Of a stretch of 64,000 nucleotides of DNA, positions 23,101 to 36,645 are shown piece by piece. The stretch covers positions 58,652,001-58,716,000 of the forward strand of contig OZ024744.1 of NCBI GenBank assembly GCA_964016885.1. The letters are read 5' to 3'. Below the pieces are notes generated by a model. That model made no database searches. It had not been told where the DNA came from and saw only the letters and a program-made list of their open reading frames with translations. This stretch comes from Eledone cirrhosa. Its lineage: Eukaryota. How positions within the stretch are numbered: position 1 is the first letter of the stretch; every line of letters begins with the position of its first letter. The position numbers and the translations under genes were made by a program.

Positions 23101-25781
23101 GCAACAGACGTGCTTGCGGCGAGATTGGCACTCGACCAATTCTTCAACGCAAAGCATGAAGGCTGCGTTGTCAGAGCTAGAACGCGTGCGCTAAGACACG
23201 AGGGGACGAAAGCTGTTCAATGGGCCCGGGTGGTGGAGGTGAGATGTGGCAACAAAGCCACAATTCGGTCTTTGCCTGATCAAAACGGGCGCATGTTGCT
23301 CGAACCCGAGCAGATGTGTGCGGCTTTTCAACAGCACTTTGCTCAATTGTTCGGGAGCGGCGGCGGGCCGGATCGGTGTATGAACTTCGGTGCATACCTC
23401 GACAGACTGCCGCGGCTCTCGAAGACCGCAGCGCAGTGCTGCGAAAAGCCGATAACAGCAGGTGAAATACGGAGCGCGATGTCTGACTGCACGAGGAGTA
23501 AATCGCCAGGTTTGAATGGTCTGCCCTACGAGCTTTATGTGTATATGCCAGACTTGTTCGGCGACTTCTTAGCAGATGTCTACTGCAATTGGCAGCGGAA
23601 TGGGAGCATTCACAGTTTTGTGAGCCGGGAGCGGTGGCGCTGCTGAGAAAAGACCCGAACAAGGGGGACGTTATAGACAACTTCAGGCCCATAACTCTGC
23701 TAAACGCAGAGTTTAAGGTTTTGGCGAAGGTGTTAGCAAAGAGATTGGCGCTTGTCGTCGGTTATCTGGTGGGAGAGGCGCAGACATGCGCCATCCCGGA
23801 CAGATCCATCCACGAGAACCTCCATCTCATGCGATACATCATAGAGAGGGTGGTTTAGGAACCTGGCACGGGTGGGGCCCTGATCAACTCGGATCAATCT
23901 AAAGCATGTGATAGGGTCGACCATCGGTACCTGGCTGTGGTCCTCGATGCGGCCGGCTTCGGGCCCGTTTTTAGGGGCTGGATCGCTGCGATGCATAGCG
24001 ACATCTCCTCCATTGTGAGGCTGAATGGTCACCTGTCGCAGCTTTTCAGCATCATGCGCTCGGTCCGCCAGGGTTGCCCCTTCTCGTCCCTCTTGTACGT
24101 ACTGGCCCTAGATCCTTTACTACACAAATTGGAGACGATGAGGGGGGTCCCACGCGAACTGGGATGCGGGAGATCCGTGTCAGCTTACGCCGACGACGTC
24201 ACCGTGGTGGTGTCGAGCACCAGACACGTCCAGATGCTCGGCACCGCTCTCAAGGAATACGAAGCGGTGACAGGAGCAAAGATAAACCAGGAAAAGTCGG
24301 TGGGCTTGCAACTCAGCAACCTGGAGAGGCAAGTCCATGCCTTCCGACAGCGTCGTGGGGCGCTGGAGGGAAGGACCGGTTAAATTGCTCGGGGTTTGGT
24401 TCGGTCGGACCTCCAGATGGAGTAAAACTGGAGCGAGGTGACGAGCAGGATGGCCTCTCTCACCCAGAAATGGGCCGAGAGGAGGCTGTCTCTGAAAGGT
24501 GGCGAATGCGTACATAGCGTCCGTCATCTGCTACCTCCTGACCGTCGTACCTTTCCCCCGACCAACTCTGACCAAAATGGAGCGCCTTCTCTTCCGCTTT
24601 TTTGTGGAAGGGACGTGCTCCCATGGTCAGATGATCCATTTGCTGTCACCACCCGTTGCGTGGAGGACTAGGCATGCCATGGCTGATGATGCGCAAACAT
24701 GCGCTGAGGCTGCGACATCTCTGGTGCTTCCTTGACGGTGAACAGGTGTGGTCGCCGTTTGCCAGACGCGCTTTTCCCCAGCTCGTCTCCTTGACGGAGC
24801 TGCAGTCCTAGATCAGGAAAACACCGAGGGATAGCGCTTGGAAGCTGGAATGTCTACAAGCGCTCACCGCCCTCTACCGACTGGGCACTAGTATCGGTGG
24901 AACATCCACCTCGGCGTTCTATAGAGGGTTAGTGGAGGGAAAGAGCGACGATGTTCTCGGGGAGACCCTGGGCGTCGAAGACGATCAGCTGTTCGCTCTC
25001 TTCAAGAGAACTTTCAGACCGGGGCCTATGGACAACATCCAGAAATCCCTGGCCTGGCAGTGCTACCGGGGAGCGTTGCCGGTTCGGGATAAGCTCTACA
25101 GGCACGGAGGTGCTGTCAGCCGAGCCTGTCCGAGATATGCGCAGGGCGACGAAACCGTCCAGCACGCACTTGTTCAGTGCCCGAGGATTGCTGAATTGTG
25201 GAGCTATGTCGAACAGCTTCTGTCGCGTGTAGGACGGATCCGGTTATCGACTGAGTCCATTGTGCAGATAACCCCGCCACCCTCCTTTAAAGAGGAGGAA
25301 ACGCAGGCAGTTTTCATCTGCCTGGTAACCATGGGGAAAGAGATTGTGTGGTGGACAAGATTGAAAGGGTTGAAGACGGACACTTTTCTCTCCGGCCAAT
25401 CCCTGATAAACTTTTTCAAGTTTCACTTGAAGAGGAAAATCAGGGTGGAGAGGCAAGTGTTGTCTTCTAGTAAGTTTGTTGAAAGGTGGGTGAAAGTGGC
25501 GAGTCTGGTTCGAGTGAACGGGTCCGCTCTGAGTATACGCCTGTAGACTAAGGAGTGGGAAAAGTTAGAGAGGGCGCTTGCCCTGGTGGTCAGGGTGGCC
25601 GAGTGACCTTCGGGGGTTTCCCCCTTCTTGAGGAATTTTTGTTTGAATTTTTTTGGATTTCTAGCCCTATTTTGTTATAACCTGTTTACACGACCAAAAC
25701 CCACTTTGTATCATCCTGTACTGTTCTGTGCCGTCTCTAATGTTTTTCTTCGTGTCTGCCCTTGTGGCCAATAAAGAAACC
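20160..25781 (+). mobile_element. Decayed Tx1 element, diverged family B
   Basis: ORF1 homology from ~20510 (ISFAKVVRNVETIMITEEE; CFNCGSKSHIRAFC; KFPNAVGDFRG). ORF2 from ATG 22139 to stop 25546 with many frameshifts. Ends gtggccaataaagaaacc+(ATT)n. 5' boundary uncertain. Confidence 0.9.
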
Positions 25782-25792
25782 ATTATTATTAT

Positions 25793-25861
25793 AAAACCCC
25801 ACTGTCCCAGTCATTTGTATTGTCCCCTATATGTCGGCCCTTGTGGCCAATAAATCAAATC
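25793..25861 (+). mobile_element. ~70-bp 3'-terminal fragment of Tx1 family C
   Basis: tgtattgtcccctatatgtcggcccttgtggccaataaatcaaatc between two (ATT)n tracts. Confidence 0.75.
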
Positions 25862-25882
25862 ATTATTATTATTATTATTATT

Positions 25883-28800
25883 GAATGCCATGGTTGACGG
25901 AGGCTCGGCTCTGTAAGGTATTGTAAATTTTGACCGCTATAACAATTGTAAATTGTTTAAAACTTTAACCAAATTGTTGATAAAGACACCCTCCTCCTCG
26001 TGAGAGGGGTCTTTCTGCCCGTTATTTGGCCCTTCGGGGTTAAATAACTGCTTATTGGGGTTTTGTGCCCAATATTTATTTTAAACAAAAAAACAACATG
26101 GCTACGAAAAAGAATTTTCATAGGTCACTCCCACTCATTCCGTCTTCTTCTTCCTCAATCGTCACTACAGCAGAGAGAAGATTGTCTCTCTCCCTCCTTT
26201 CTTTAAATGTGTCTCTCTCCCTCCCTTCTCTTTCGCAAGCGACGAAAGAAAAGAAAAGACTCGTGCAAAGCGTGCAAGATTTCTCCACGACGACAGCGAC
26301 GAAACAGGTGTGCGGGAAATACGAAAACCCATTTCATTCGTCTGACGTCAGGAATAATAGCAGTAGCAGCCGTAATAACAGCAGCAACAGTGACAATGAA
26401 AACAACAGTAGCAGCCGCAACAGTGACAATGAAAACAACAGTAGCAGCCGCAACAGCATCACCAGCAGCATCAACAACAACCACAGCAACAGCGGCGGCG
26501 GCAGTAGTCGTAGTACCTGCAGCAACAACAAAAGTTACAGCAGCTCTGACGACAACAACAACAACAACAGCAGCAAAGAAAAACCAATCTCGTTTGCAGG
26601 TATCGCGAAGAACCTGGAAACAATCCTCATAAAAAATGAGGAATTAGAGGAAGCGAAGAAGATGGTGACAAAAACAGGACACCGAGCAATCTGCAAGGCA
26701 CCGGAAAAATTTTTCGAAACCCAACAGCACTGTACGGTCACGTACCGTACAATAAGAATAAAATCCCATATGGTTGAAAGAGCCACAGAGGCTCAAATAC
26801 AAAAAGCCTTGGGGTCTGTGTGGCCGCGGAAAACGCACATCACCCGAGGCAAGAAATATGCCACCGTAGACGTACTTTTTGCCACACCCCAGGAGGCAAA
26901 GGCTCAATCCGTAGTGACCCTAAGGAGCGAGGAAATGGTGTTGGTGCCCTCCTACTGCGGGCAAAAAATTGTGAGGGTCAAACTGACCCACGTCCCCCCC
27001 CCCCCCTGGGATGGCCCCTTCTTGGCTGGCTGCGTCTGTCCTCGTCGGAATCGAGGACAAAACAACTGTACTGCAAGTACAGAAAAAAGTAAGAGAAGAT
27101 TGGGTCGGCACCTCCATTAAGATGTTAATCCAAACCAACCAGGAGTGCATCGAAGCTATCCCGGATGTGATAGACTTCGATAACGGCACTCAACTGCCCA
27201 TAAGTGTTGAGGGCAAACGCCCGAAATGCTTTCGCTGTGGATCGAAGACTCACCTCAGGGCCTTCTGCAACGAGAAGACCCTGAGAAAGGAGAAAACCCC
27301 CCTCCTTCCGAAACCGGCTCCACGGCTACCAGCAACAGGACAAGCGGCAACCAGGAACGATAGGTCCGTGGCACCCATACACACGCCACGGAAATCAAAA
27401 ACAGCAGCAGCACTGGAAGTATTAACAACAACAACAGCAATACCAAATGCAGCTGCAACAGAGACTCCAGTGCAAACATCACCAACAACAACACGTGAAA
27501 GAGTGGAGCTGGTACTCCTCCCCGACCTCACAGAATAAGACATGGAGTGTGAGGTGGGAGAGGGATGGCAAAAGGTCGTAAAAAGCACAAACGCAGAAGC
27601 AGCGCATCGTCGCTTTTGAAAAGGGAGGAAAGAAATGAAAAAAGGGTAAAGTCTACTGCAAAGAAACTCACAGCAGCAACACCACCAACACCATCACCAC
27701 CCACACTAGCACTACCATCACCACCGGCGACAACCCCACCGCCAACAACAACAACACCTTCAACACCACCACCACAAGCACCAACATCGCAAACACAACA
27801 ACAAAACACACACACCCAGCAACAACGACAAGAAAATAGCAGAACCACACCCCACCCCAGAAAAACAAATGCACGGCAATAAATACACACAACAAGAAAC
27901 TAATGACTTACATAATTGAACACACAGACATTTCACAACACGACTACATAATACCAGCACCAATCAAAACGCCAACTAACATAAGACTGCTAAAAATAGC
28001 ACAGAAACAATACACAAACATTAAAACGAAATTCCCCAACGCGGTTGGTGATTTCAGAGACCTAGGAGGAACTATCAACCGAAGAGTATATTCGGACATA
28101 CTCATAGAAGAGCCGACGACCAGCCGAAGGGACGATTCAACGGTCCCTTCACCAGACGTTCAAGTGAAAAGGGATGGAAAAACCATCCCTCCTCTACGAA
28201 AAGTACGGTAAGTGGTCTTTCCCATCTTTTCCACTCTATTTTAAACATGACCTCACTCAGAATAGGCAGCATAAATGCGCGTGGCTTGGGGTCGTCATGG
28301 AAGCAGGGTCACCTGCTCAACGACCTCAGGTCACTAAACATAGATGTAGTGGCCATCAGCGAGACCAGAATCTCCGAAGCACGGGCCTTCGCACCGATCT
28401 TCGGCGGCTACGATGTGTACGCATCTCCCAGCCGTCCTGGATCGGAGGGAGGAGTTGCTGTGCTTTTTCGGAGAGGTTTGGATCTCGCCATACGGGCAAT
28501 CTTCCTGGACCCAGAGGCTAAGTTGGTGGTGCTGGACGTGACCAGCGGAGACGGGCAAGCTTTCAGGCTAGTGGTCGTCTATGCCCTGACAGAAGCAGGG
28601 CGGCCTGATTTCTTCCGGCGTCTGGAGACCTTTCTTGGAACGTCCCGCTCTTTAGTGTTAGTGGGCGACTGGAACGGGATCTTAGATGCACGCTGGGACT
28701 GTGTGAGATTAGCGGATAGGGGTGGAGGGTGCAAGAGCCTCACCAACCTGCTCAGGCGTTTTGAACTGTCTGACAGGTATCGATTGGATTTCCCGAATGT

Positions 28801-31800
28801 GCCAATGTGGACTTGGACAAATCGCATATGGTCATCCAGATCATATCTAGATAGAGTATTTTGTAGGGAAATAGATAGGTCTAGCATAGGCTGTCCACAA
28901 TTCAAGATAGTCAGCTACACGGACCACAAATTCCTGATCTGTGTGCTTGACTTAGATAGGCTTCATAGACGAGGACCCGGCTACTGGAATCTAAACGCGT
29001 CCTTACCAGAGCGCAAGTCCTACAGAGACCGGATTAGCGAACTAGTTAAGCGGGCGTTGACGGGGGCCATCGTCAACAACAAGTGGTGGTTTTCTCTGAA
29101 AAGAGCGATTAGAATAGAATCGATTAGGTTTAGTAAGGCTTTAGCAATAGAGAAAAATAGAGAAAAAGGGAGAACTAGTTAGAAAATTAGACGAGGCGCT
29201 TAGCAAAGGCATTGCGACCGACGTGCTTGCGGCGTAATTAGCCCTTGACCAATTCTTCAATGCAAAGCACGAAGGCTGCGTTGTTAGAGCAAAGGTGCGT
29301 GCTCTCAGACACGAGGGGACGAAAGCCGTTCAATGGGCCCGATTGGCGAAGGCGCGTCGTAGCAACAAAGCCACGATCCGGTCTTTGGTGGACCACGACG
29401 GGCGCATGCTACTCGATCCCGGGCAAATGTGTGAAGCTTTTCAGCGACACTTTGCTTAGCTGTTCGGGGGCAGCGGTGGGCCGGGTCGAGGGATGGACTT
29501 TAGTGTCTACCTCGACGGACTGCCGCGGCTCTCGGCCACTGAGGCGAAGTGTTGCGAAAGGCCGATAACAGCCGCTGAAGTAAGGGAGGCAATGACTGGC
29601 TGCACAGGGGGTAAATCGCCTGGTTTGGATGGTCTGCCCTATGAACTTTACGTACAGATGCCAGACTTGTTCGGAGGCCTCTTGGCGGACGTCTACTGCA
29701 ACTGGCAACAGAACGGGAGAATTCTCAGTTCTGTGATCCGAGGAGCGGTGGCACTGCTGAGAAATGTTCCGAACAAGGGGGATAACATAGATAATTTGCG
29801 GCCCATAACTCTGCTAAACACATAGTTCAAGATTTTGGCCAAGGTGCTAGCAAAGAGGTTGGCGCTTGTCGTTGGTGGTCTGCTGGAAGAGGCGCAGACA
29901 TGCGCCATTCCCGACAGATCCATCCACGACAACCTCCACCTCATGCGATACATCGTAGAGAGGGTAGCTAAGGAACCTGGCACGGGTGGGTCCTTGATCA
30001 ATTTAGATCAGTCGAAAGCTTTCGATAGGGTCGACCATCGTTACCTAGCGGCAGTCCTGAGGGCGGCTGGCTTTGGGCCCGTCTTCAGAGGCTGGATCGC
30101 TGCCATGCACAGCGACATCTGCTCTGTGGTGAGAGTGAACGGTCACCTGTCGGAACCGTTCAACATCATGCGCTCGATCCGCCAAGGATGTCCCCTCTCG
30201 TCCCTCTTGTACGTATTGACTCTCGAGCCATTACTGCACAAACTGGAGACGTTGAGGGGCGTCCCGCGCGAACTAGGATGCGGAAGATCCGTGTCAGCAT
30301 ATGCGGACGATGTCACCGTAGTGGTGTCGAACACCAAACACATCGAGGCGATCGGCACTACACTAAGAGAATACGAAACGGTGACAGGAGCAATGATCAA
30401 CCAGGAAAAGTCAGTGGGCCTGCAGCTCGGCACCTGGAGAGGCAGGTCCATGCCGTCCATCAGCCTCGTCGGACGTTGGACGGACGGACCGGTTAAATTG
30501 CTAGGGGTCTGGTTCGGTCCGGACCTCCAGACGGACAAAAACTGGGACGAGGTGACGAGCAGGGTGGCTTCTCTCACCCAGAAATGGGCGGAGAGGAAGC
30601 TATCCCTGAAAGGTCGAGCGGAGGTAGCTAACGCGTACATCACGTCTGTCATCTGCTACCGCCTGACCGTCGTACCTTGTCCTAAGCCTCGCCTGACTGC
30701 GCTGGAGCGTTTGCTCTTTCGCTTTTTGTGGAAGGGACGCGCTCCGATGGTCAGGCGGTCCATCTGCTGTCAACACCCGCTACGTGGAGGGCTGGGCATG
30801 CCGTGGCTGATGATGCGCAGACACGCGCTCAGGCTACGACATCTCCACCTCTTCATCGACGGTGATCAGGTGTGGTCGCCGTTTGCAAGACACGTTTTTC
30901 CCCAGCTCGTCTCTTTGACGGAGCTGCAGTCCTGGGTCAAGCGAAGACCGAGAGGGAGCGCTTGGAGACTGGAATGTCTTCAGGCGCTCACAGCCCTCGA
31001 CCAATCGGGCAATGTGATCGGTGGAAACTCCACCTTGGCGTTCTATAGGGGATTAGTGGAGGGGAAGAGCGACGACGTACTTGGAGAAACTCTAGGCGTC
31101 GACGAAAATCAACTAGCCAATCTCTTCGGAAGAACTTTCGGGTCGGGGCCTATGGACGACTTCCAGAAATCCTTGGCCTGGCAGTGCTACCGAGGAGCTT
31201 TGCCAGTTCGGGATAAACTCTACAGGCATGGAGGTGCCGTCAGCCGGGCATGTCCGAGATGCGTGCAGGGCGACGAAACCGTCCTGCACGCACTCGTCCA
31301 GTGTCCGAGCATTGCTGACTTGTCGGTTTATGTCGAACACCTGCTGTCACGTGTAGGACGGATCCAGCTATCAGCTGAGTCCATCGTGAGGATTGCCCCG
31401 CCCCCTTCCTTTAGCCTGGAAGGGCAGGCAGTTTTTATCTGTCTGGTGGCCATGGCGAAAGAGATAGTATGGTGGACACGTTTGAAAGGGCTGAAGACGA
31501 GCACTTACCTCTTCGGTGATGCTCTGATTGACTTTTTCAAATTTCATTTGAAAAGGAAAATCAGAGTAGAGAGGGAAGTGCTCTCTTCCCAGCATTTTGT
31601 TGAAAGATGGGTGAGAGAAGCAAGAATGGCCCGAGTGAATGGGCCTACTCTGAGTATATATCTGTAAATTAAAGGTGGAAAACTGGGAGAGGGCACTTGC
31701 CCTGGTGGTCAGGGCCACTGTGGTCTTTTAATGGGCTTTCTCCACAAATGTCCCTTGGAAGTCTCCCCCCTATTGGGGAATTTTTCTTTGTTATTTTATT

Positions 31801-31912
31801 TCAACCTCTGTTTTTTTTTACACGCAGAAATGCCCATCTGTACCGTCCTGTATTGTCCTGTACTGTCCTTAATGTCTACTTTATGTGAACCCTTGTGGTT
31901 AATAAAGAAAAC
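25883..31912 (+). mobile_element. Full-length but disabled Tx1-A element (copy 3)
   Basis: Same termini as copy 2. ORF1 from ATG 26098 has frameshifts and a stop. ORF2 28247-31667 has a frameshift near 29165 and stops including TAG at 29823-29825. Confidence 0.95.
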
Positions 31913-31934
31913 ATTATTATTATTATTATTGTTA

Positions 31935-33014
31935 TTCCTTGAATCTCAGTCATTGATGTTGGTTAACTGGAAAGTCCGTTGGATTGAATATCAAGCCACT
32001 ACCTGCAGCCTCAGATATTCAGGACGTATCGGAGGGTTCTTGCTGTTCCAAGCAAGCATGCCTTTTGAAGCGTTCCAAAAAGCGTGAAGGGGCCGATTTT
32101 CTTTAACCATCCCTGGAAACTTTTGGAGATAGTCCCCAGTGCGCCTATGACAATCGGGATCACTTTGACTTCATGGCAGTTCCAAATCCTTTTCATCTCC
32201 CACTTTAGGTCCTGGTATCGGTTAATTTTCTCCCTCTCCTTCTCTTGCACTCTCGTGTCGAACGGGCAGGCCACATCCACAATCAGGCACGATCTTTTTT
32301 CTTTGTCCACAACCACCAGGTCAGGTCTATTGTGTTCCAGTTTTTTGTCCGTCTGTATCCTAAAATCCCACAGCACCTTCACCTGATTGTTCTCCATCAC
32401 CGCCTCTGGCCTATGCTCATACCATTTCTCAGAATGTGGTAGATTGTTTACTTTGCACAGGTGCCAGTGGATCACCCTGCCCATCACATCGTGTCTCCAG
32501 CCCTTATAGTGGGTCTGGGCTAGGTGTTTACACTCGGACACAATGTGAGCCACAGTCTCCTCTCTCTCTCCACAGATCCTGCACAGTGGGCTAGCCTCCT
32601 CCTTGTAGATATGGTGCTTCAACCACTTCGTTTTGAGGGCCTGCTCCTGCGCAGCCATTAGCATTCCTTCTGTAGCCTTTTTGAGGTCTCCTCTTCTCAA
32701 CCAGTTCCATGTCTGTGGATCTCTAAATTCAGTTTTCTCAAAGAAGGTACTATGAAGGGATTTTCCCTTAAGGCTGCTCTTCCTCCTTGATGTTATTTCC
32801 TCCTTGGACATCCCCTGGCCTACTGTCCCCTCCTTCAGTACAGTTCTGAGCATTGGCTCCTTACTATAGGTCACGTATTTGTATAGGTTGTTTTTCTCCA
32901 TCTGAACACAGTCCTCTATGCTGATAAGACCTCTTCCACCCTCAGATCTCCTTAGGTAGAGTCTATCGACATCACTCCTCTTGTGGAACATGTTGTAGAT
33001 AGTCAATAGCTTCC
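31935..33014 (-). mobile_element. 5'-truncated R4/Dong-A element
   Basis: Open frame for the CCHC and RLE region (track ORF 32011-33099; its poly-Ile N-terminus is the TAA repeat). (TTA)n on both sides. Confidence 0.93.
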
Positions 33015-33079
<65 letters not shown>

Positions 33080-33080
33080 G

Positions 33081-36000
33081 TTCTTTGAGTCTCAGTCATT
33101 CATGTTATTTAACTGGAAAGTTTGTTGAAATGAATATCAAGCCACTACCTGCAGCCTCAGATATTCAGGACGTATCGGAGGGTTCTTGCTGCTCCTAGCA
33201 AGCATGCCTTTTGAAGTGTTCCAAAAAGCGGGGCGGGACCAATTTTCTTTAACCATCCTTGGAACTCTTTGAGATAGTACCTAGTGCGCCTATGACAATC
33301 GGGACCACTTTGACCTCATGGCAGTTCCAAATCCTTTTTACCTCCCACTTTAAATCCTGGTATCGGTTAATTTTCTCCCTCTCCTTCTCTTGCAGTCTCG
33401 GGTCGAATGGGCAGGCAACATCCACAATCAGGCACGATCTTTTCCCTTGTCCCAAACCACCAGCTCTGGTCTATTGTGTTCCAGTTTCTTGTCCGTCTGT
33501 ATCCTAAAATCCCACAGCACCTTCACCTGATCGTTTTCCATCACCGACTCTGGCTTATGCTCATACCATTTCTCCGAATGTGGTAAATTGTTTACTTTGC
33601 ATAGGTGCCAGTGGATCACCCTGCCCATCACATCATGTCTCCAGCCCTTATAGTGAGTCTGGGCTAGGTGTTTACACTCGGATACAATGTGAGCCACAGT
33701 CTCCTCTCTCTCTCTCCACAGATCCTGCACAGTAGGCTAGCCTCCTCCTTGTAAATATGGTGTTTCTGCCACTTCATTTCGAGGGCCTGCTCTTGCACAG
33801 CCATTAGCATTCCTTCTGTAGCCCTTTTAAGGTCTCCTCTTTTCAACCAGTTCCATGTCTGTGGATCTCTAAATTCAGTTTTCTCAAAGAAGGCACTATG
33901 AAGGGATTTTTCATGAAGGTTGCTCTTTCTCCTTGTTGTTATTTCCTCCTTGGACATCCCCTGGTTTTTTTGTCCTCTCCTTCAGTACAATTCTGAGCAT
34001 TGGCTCCCTACTATCAGTCACGTATTTGTGTAGGTTGTTTTTCTCCATCTGAACACAGTCCTCTATGCTGATAAGACCTCTTCCACCTTCAGATCTCCTT
34101 AAGTAGAGTCTATCGACATCACTCCTTTGTGGAACATGTTGTAGATAGGCAATAGCTTCCTAGTCTTCCTATCCATTTCTTTTTGTTCAGCAACATTCCA
34201 TCTCAGAATTCCCGCACTGTACCTAATAATAGACACAGCTCGGGAATTTACTGCACTTATGGCATTCCTACTGTTCAGATGTGACTTTAATACGCTCCTT
34301 ACTCTCCGAATGTATTCAGATCTTATCAATTCCTTCATTTTTTTGTTCTTGATGTCATCAACCTCCAGAGCACCTAAATATTTGTATTCCTCTTCAGCAT
34401 CAATTTCCTGTTGGTACCTGGATTCCGTTGCCTCTGCTCAATGTACCCCCCTTCATCACAAGGACACCACACTTACTAATACCAAATTGCATACATATAT
34501 CATTGCTGAAAAATACGGACAGTGTCAACAAGCCCATCCACCTCTTTCTCACTCTTCCCGAAGAACTTAAGATCGTCCATGAAGAGGAGGTGATTGATGG
34601 TAAGCTCTTCCTTTCCCAACTTGTATCCTGCTCTCACTTTTCGCAGTATAATGGTCAGGGGGATCAGGGTAAAGGCCAAACAACAGAGGGGACAAACTAT
34701 CTCCCTGGAAGATACCTCTCTTGATCTTCACGCCTCCCAAAGATTCTCCACTCGATGTTGACTCTGTTTTCCAGGACTTCATACACTTGCTCAACAACTG
34801 TCTGATGTTATCTGCCACCCTGAAGATCTCTAGGCTTTTGGTTATCCAAGAATGAGGTACCATGTCGAATGCCTTTTTGTAGTCTATCCATCCCATGGCA
34901 AGACCAGTGTGTCTCCTCCTGCAATTCCTCATTACCATCTTATCAATAAGTAACTGGCCCTTTGTACCACGGGACTTCTTTCGGCATCCTTTCTGTTCGA
35001 CCGGTAACAAGTTGTTTATGTGGAGGTGATGGTAGATTTCCTCAGACACAATGCTTGTTAACAGTTTCCACATTACAGACAGACACATGTGATAGGTCTA
35101 TAGCTGGTAACATCATTACCTTTGGTTCGGTCTTTCATTACCAGAACCGTGGTACCTTTTGTCAACCACTCTGGTACCTCACCTGACATCAAGCAGTCAT
35201 TGAACATGTTTGTCAGTTTCGGGTGGAGGGATGTTATATTTGTAATCCAATACCCTTGCACACCATCTGGGCCTGGTGATTTCCAGTTGGTCAGTTTTCT
35301 GGCCTGCCCCTTAAGAGTTTCAACTGTGATACTCAAATCAGTTTGTTGGTGTGCCTGTTCACTAATCTCCTTTTGTAGTCTCAATCCACACTGCCTGATC
35401 ATTATGTTCAACATCCTGCTCCCATATTCCTCTCCAGATGTCTTAGTTTGTTCCGCCTCAGGGATCAAGTCATTACCTCTTTCTTTCCCTTCAAGCTGTC
35501 CAAACAACATCTTCTGGTTGTTGTCAAACATGCGGTTCTGTCTATACTGACTGACTCTGCTCTCGTATCGCCTAATCTTTGCGCTCTTTGCTACAATGCG
35601 TTGCTTCAGCTCCTCTATGATAATATTTAGCTTTTTCCTCCTAGTTTTGTACTTTATTTCTAGTCTATTTTTAGTGTCTATGTTTTGTAGTGTCCCATTC
35701 AGTAGGGACTCAAGCTTTCCAATGTCATTTCTCATTTCCCTGATTTGACCATTCAGTCGTTTCTTCCATCAAGGTTCTGATCTTTCTTGTTTGTTGTTTC
35801 CTCTCGCTTTTATGCCAAGTAATTTCCTCACCGCATTTGCTGTTGCTTTGAGGATATTGTTGCACTGGTGAAGGTTCCTCGCCTCAAGGTATGGGATGAC
35901 TTTGTTCACCTTAGCTGTTGTTTCTTTTAACTTTTTCCTGTCTACAAATCTTAGGTTCATAGGTCTCCCACTATCATTGTTCAATTCATCTACCACTAAG

Positions 36001-36619
36001 TTTAGGATATCAACCGAATCTTGTCCTAGCCCGTCAGCATTCATTTTCTCAATGGGCGTATCTTTGTTCCAGGTATTATTTATCTCAGTATTCAGATCAT
36101 TGTCTGCTTCGGATGGTTCCTCCGTACTCTCAACCTCTTCACCTTCATTTCCCACTGGCTCGTTTGCCTGGCATACTCCACTCTCCATTTCCAACCTAAT
36201 CTCTCTGCTCAGTTCCTCTAGTTCCAGCTCGCTTATCCACCCATTAGTTCTAATTACCCGAACCTGCCCGGCCAATTTTTGTTCATCTAATTTAAATAGA
36301 CCAATCTCGTTCCAGATGTTATGCATCCGTTTCCTATAGCCTTTTTCCTTGGGGTTACTCTTCAGGTAACATTGCATAACAGTTCTATTCAATTATTTCG
36401 TCCAGTTGGTTCTGGTCCCTTTCCTCCTTCTTCTTTCTCCAACACCAATAGTATTTGGTTGACAGCCAGGTCCCTGCTGCTGAGCCAGGGAGCACCTGGT
36501 GGGTGAGAGTCTGTCACATGACATTCTAGTCTCCACTTCGCCGTTATTCGAACTGTTTAGGTTCGACATTTAAACACTCATATCGAGGATTGGTGAATAT
36601 ATGGTTACATAACCACCGG
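33081..36619 (-). mobile_element. Near full-length, decayed R4/Dong element, subfamily B
   Basis: Colinear with 1008-4555. Coding region 36536 to 33157 is broken by several frameshifts and stops. Both ends abut (TTA)n. Confidence 0.92.
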
Positions 36620-36645
36620 TTATTATTATTATTATTATTATTATT

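Noticed and set aside
6961-31718. Recurrent antisense and alternative-frame ORFs within Tx1 copies (e.g. the 169-aa MTDVMYALA..)
   Set aside because: They recur only because the copies are near-identical. GC-rich or low-complexity shadows without motifs, and not preserved intact in family B.
642-36645. Interpretation of the linkers as telomeric repeats
   Set aside because: Linkers are TTA, not TTAGGG or TTAGG, and no chromosome end is visible. A subtelomeric location cannot be judged from this window.
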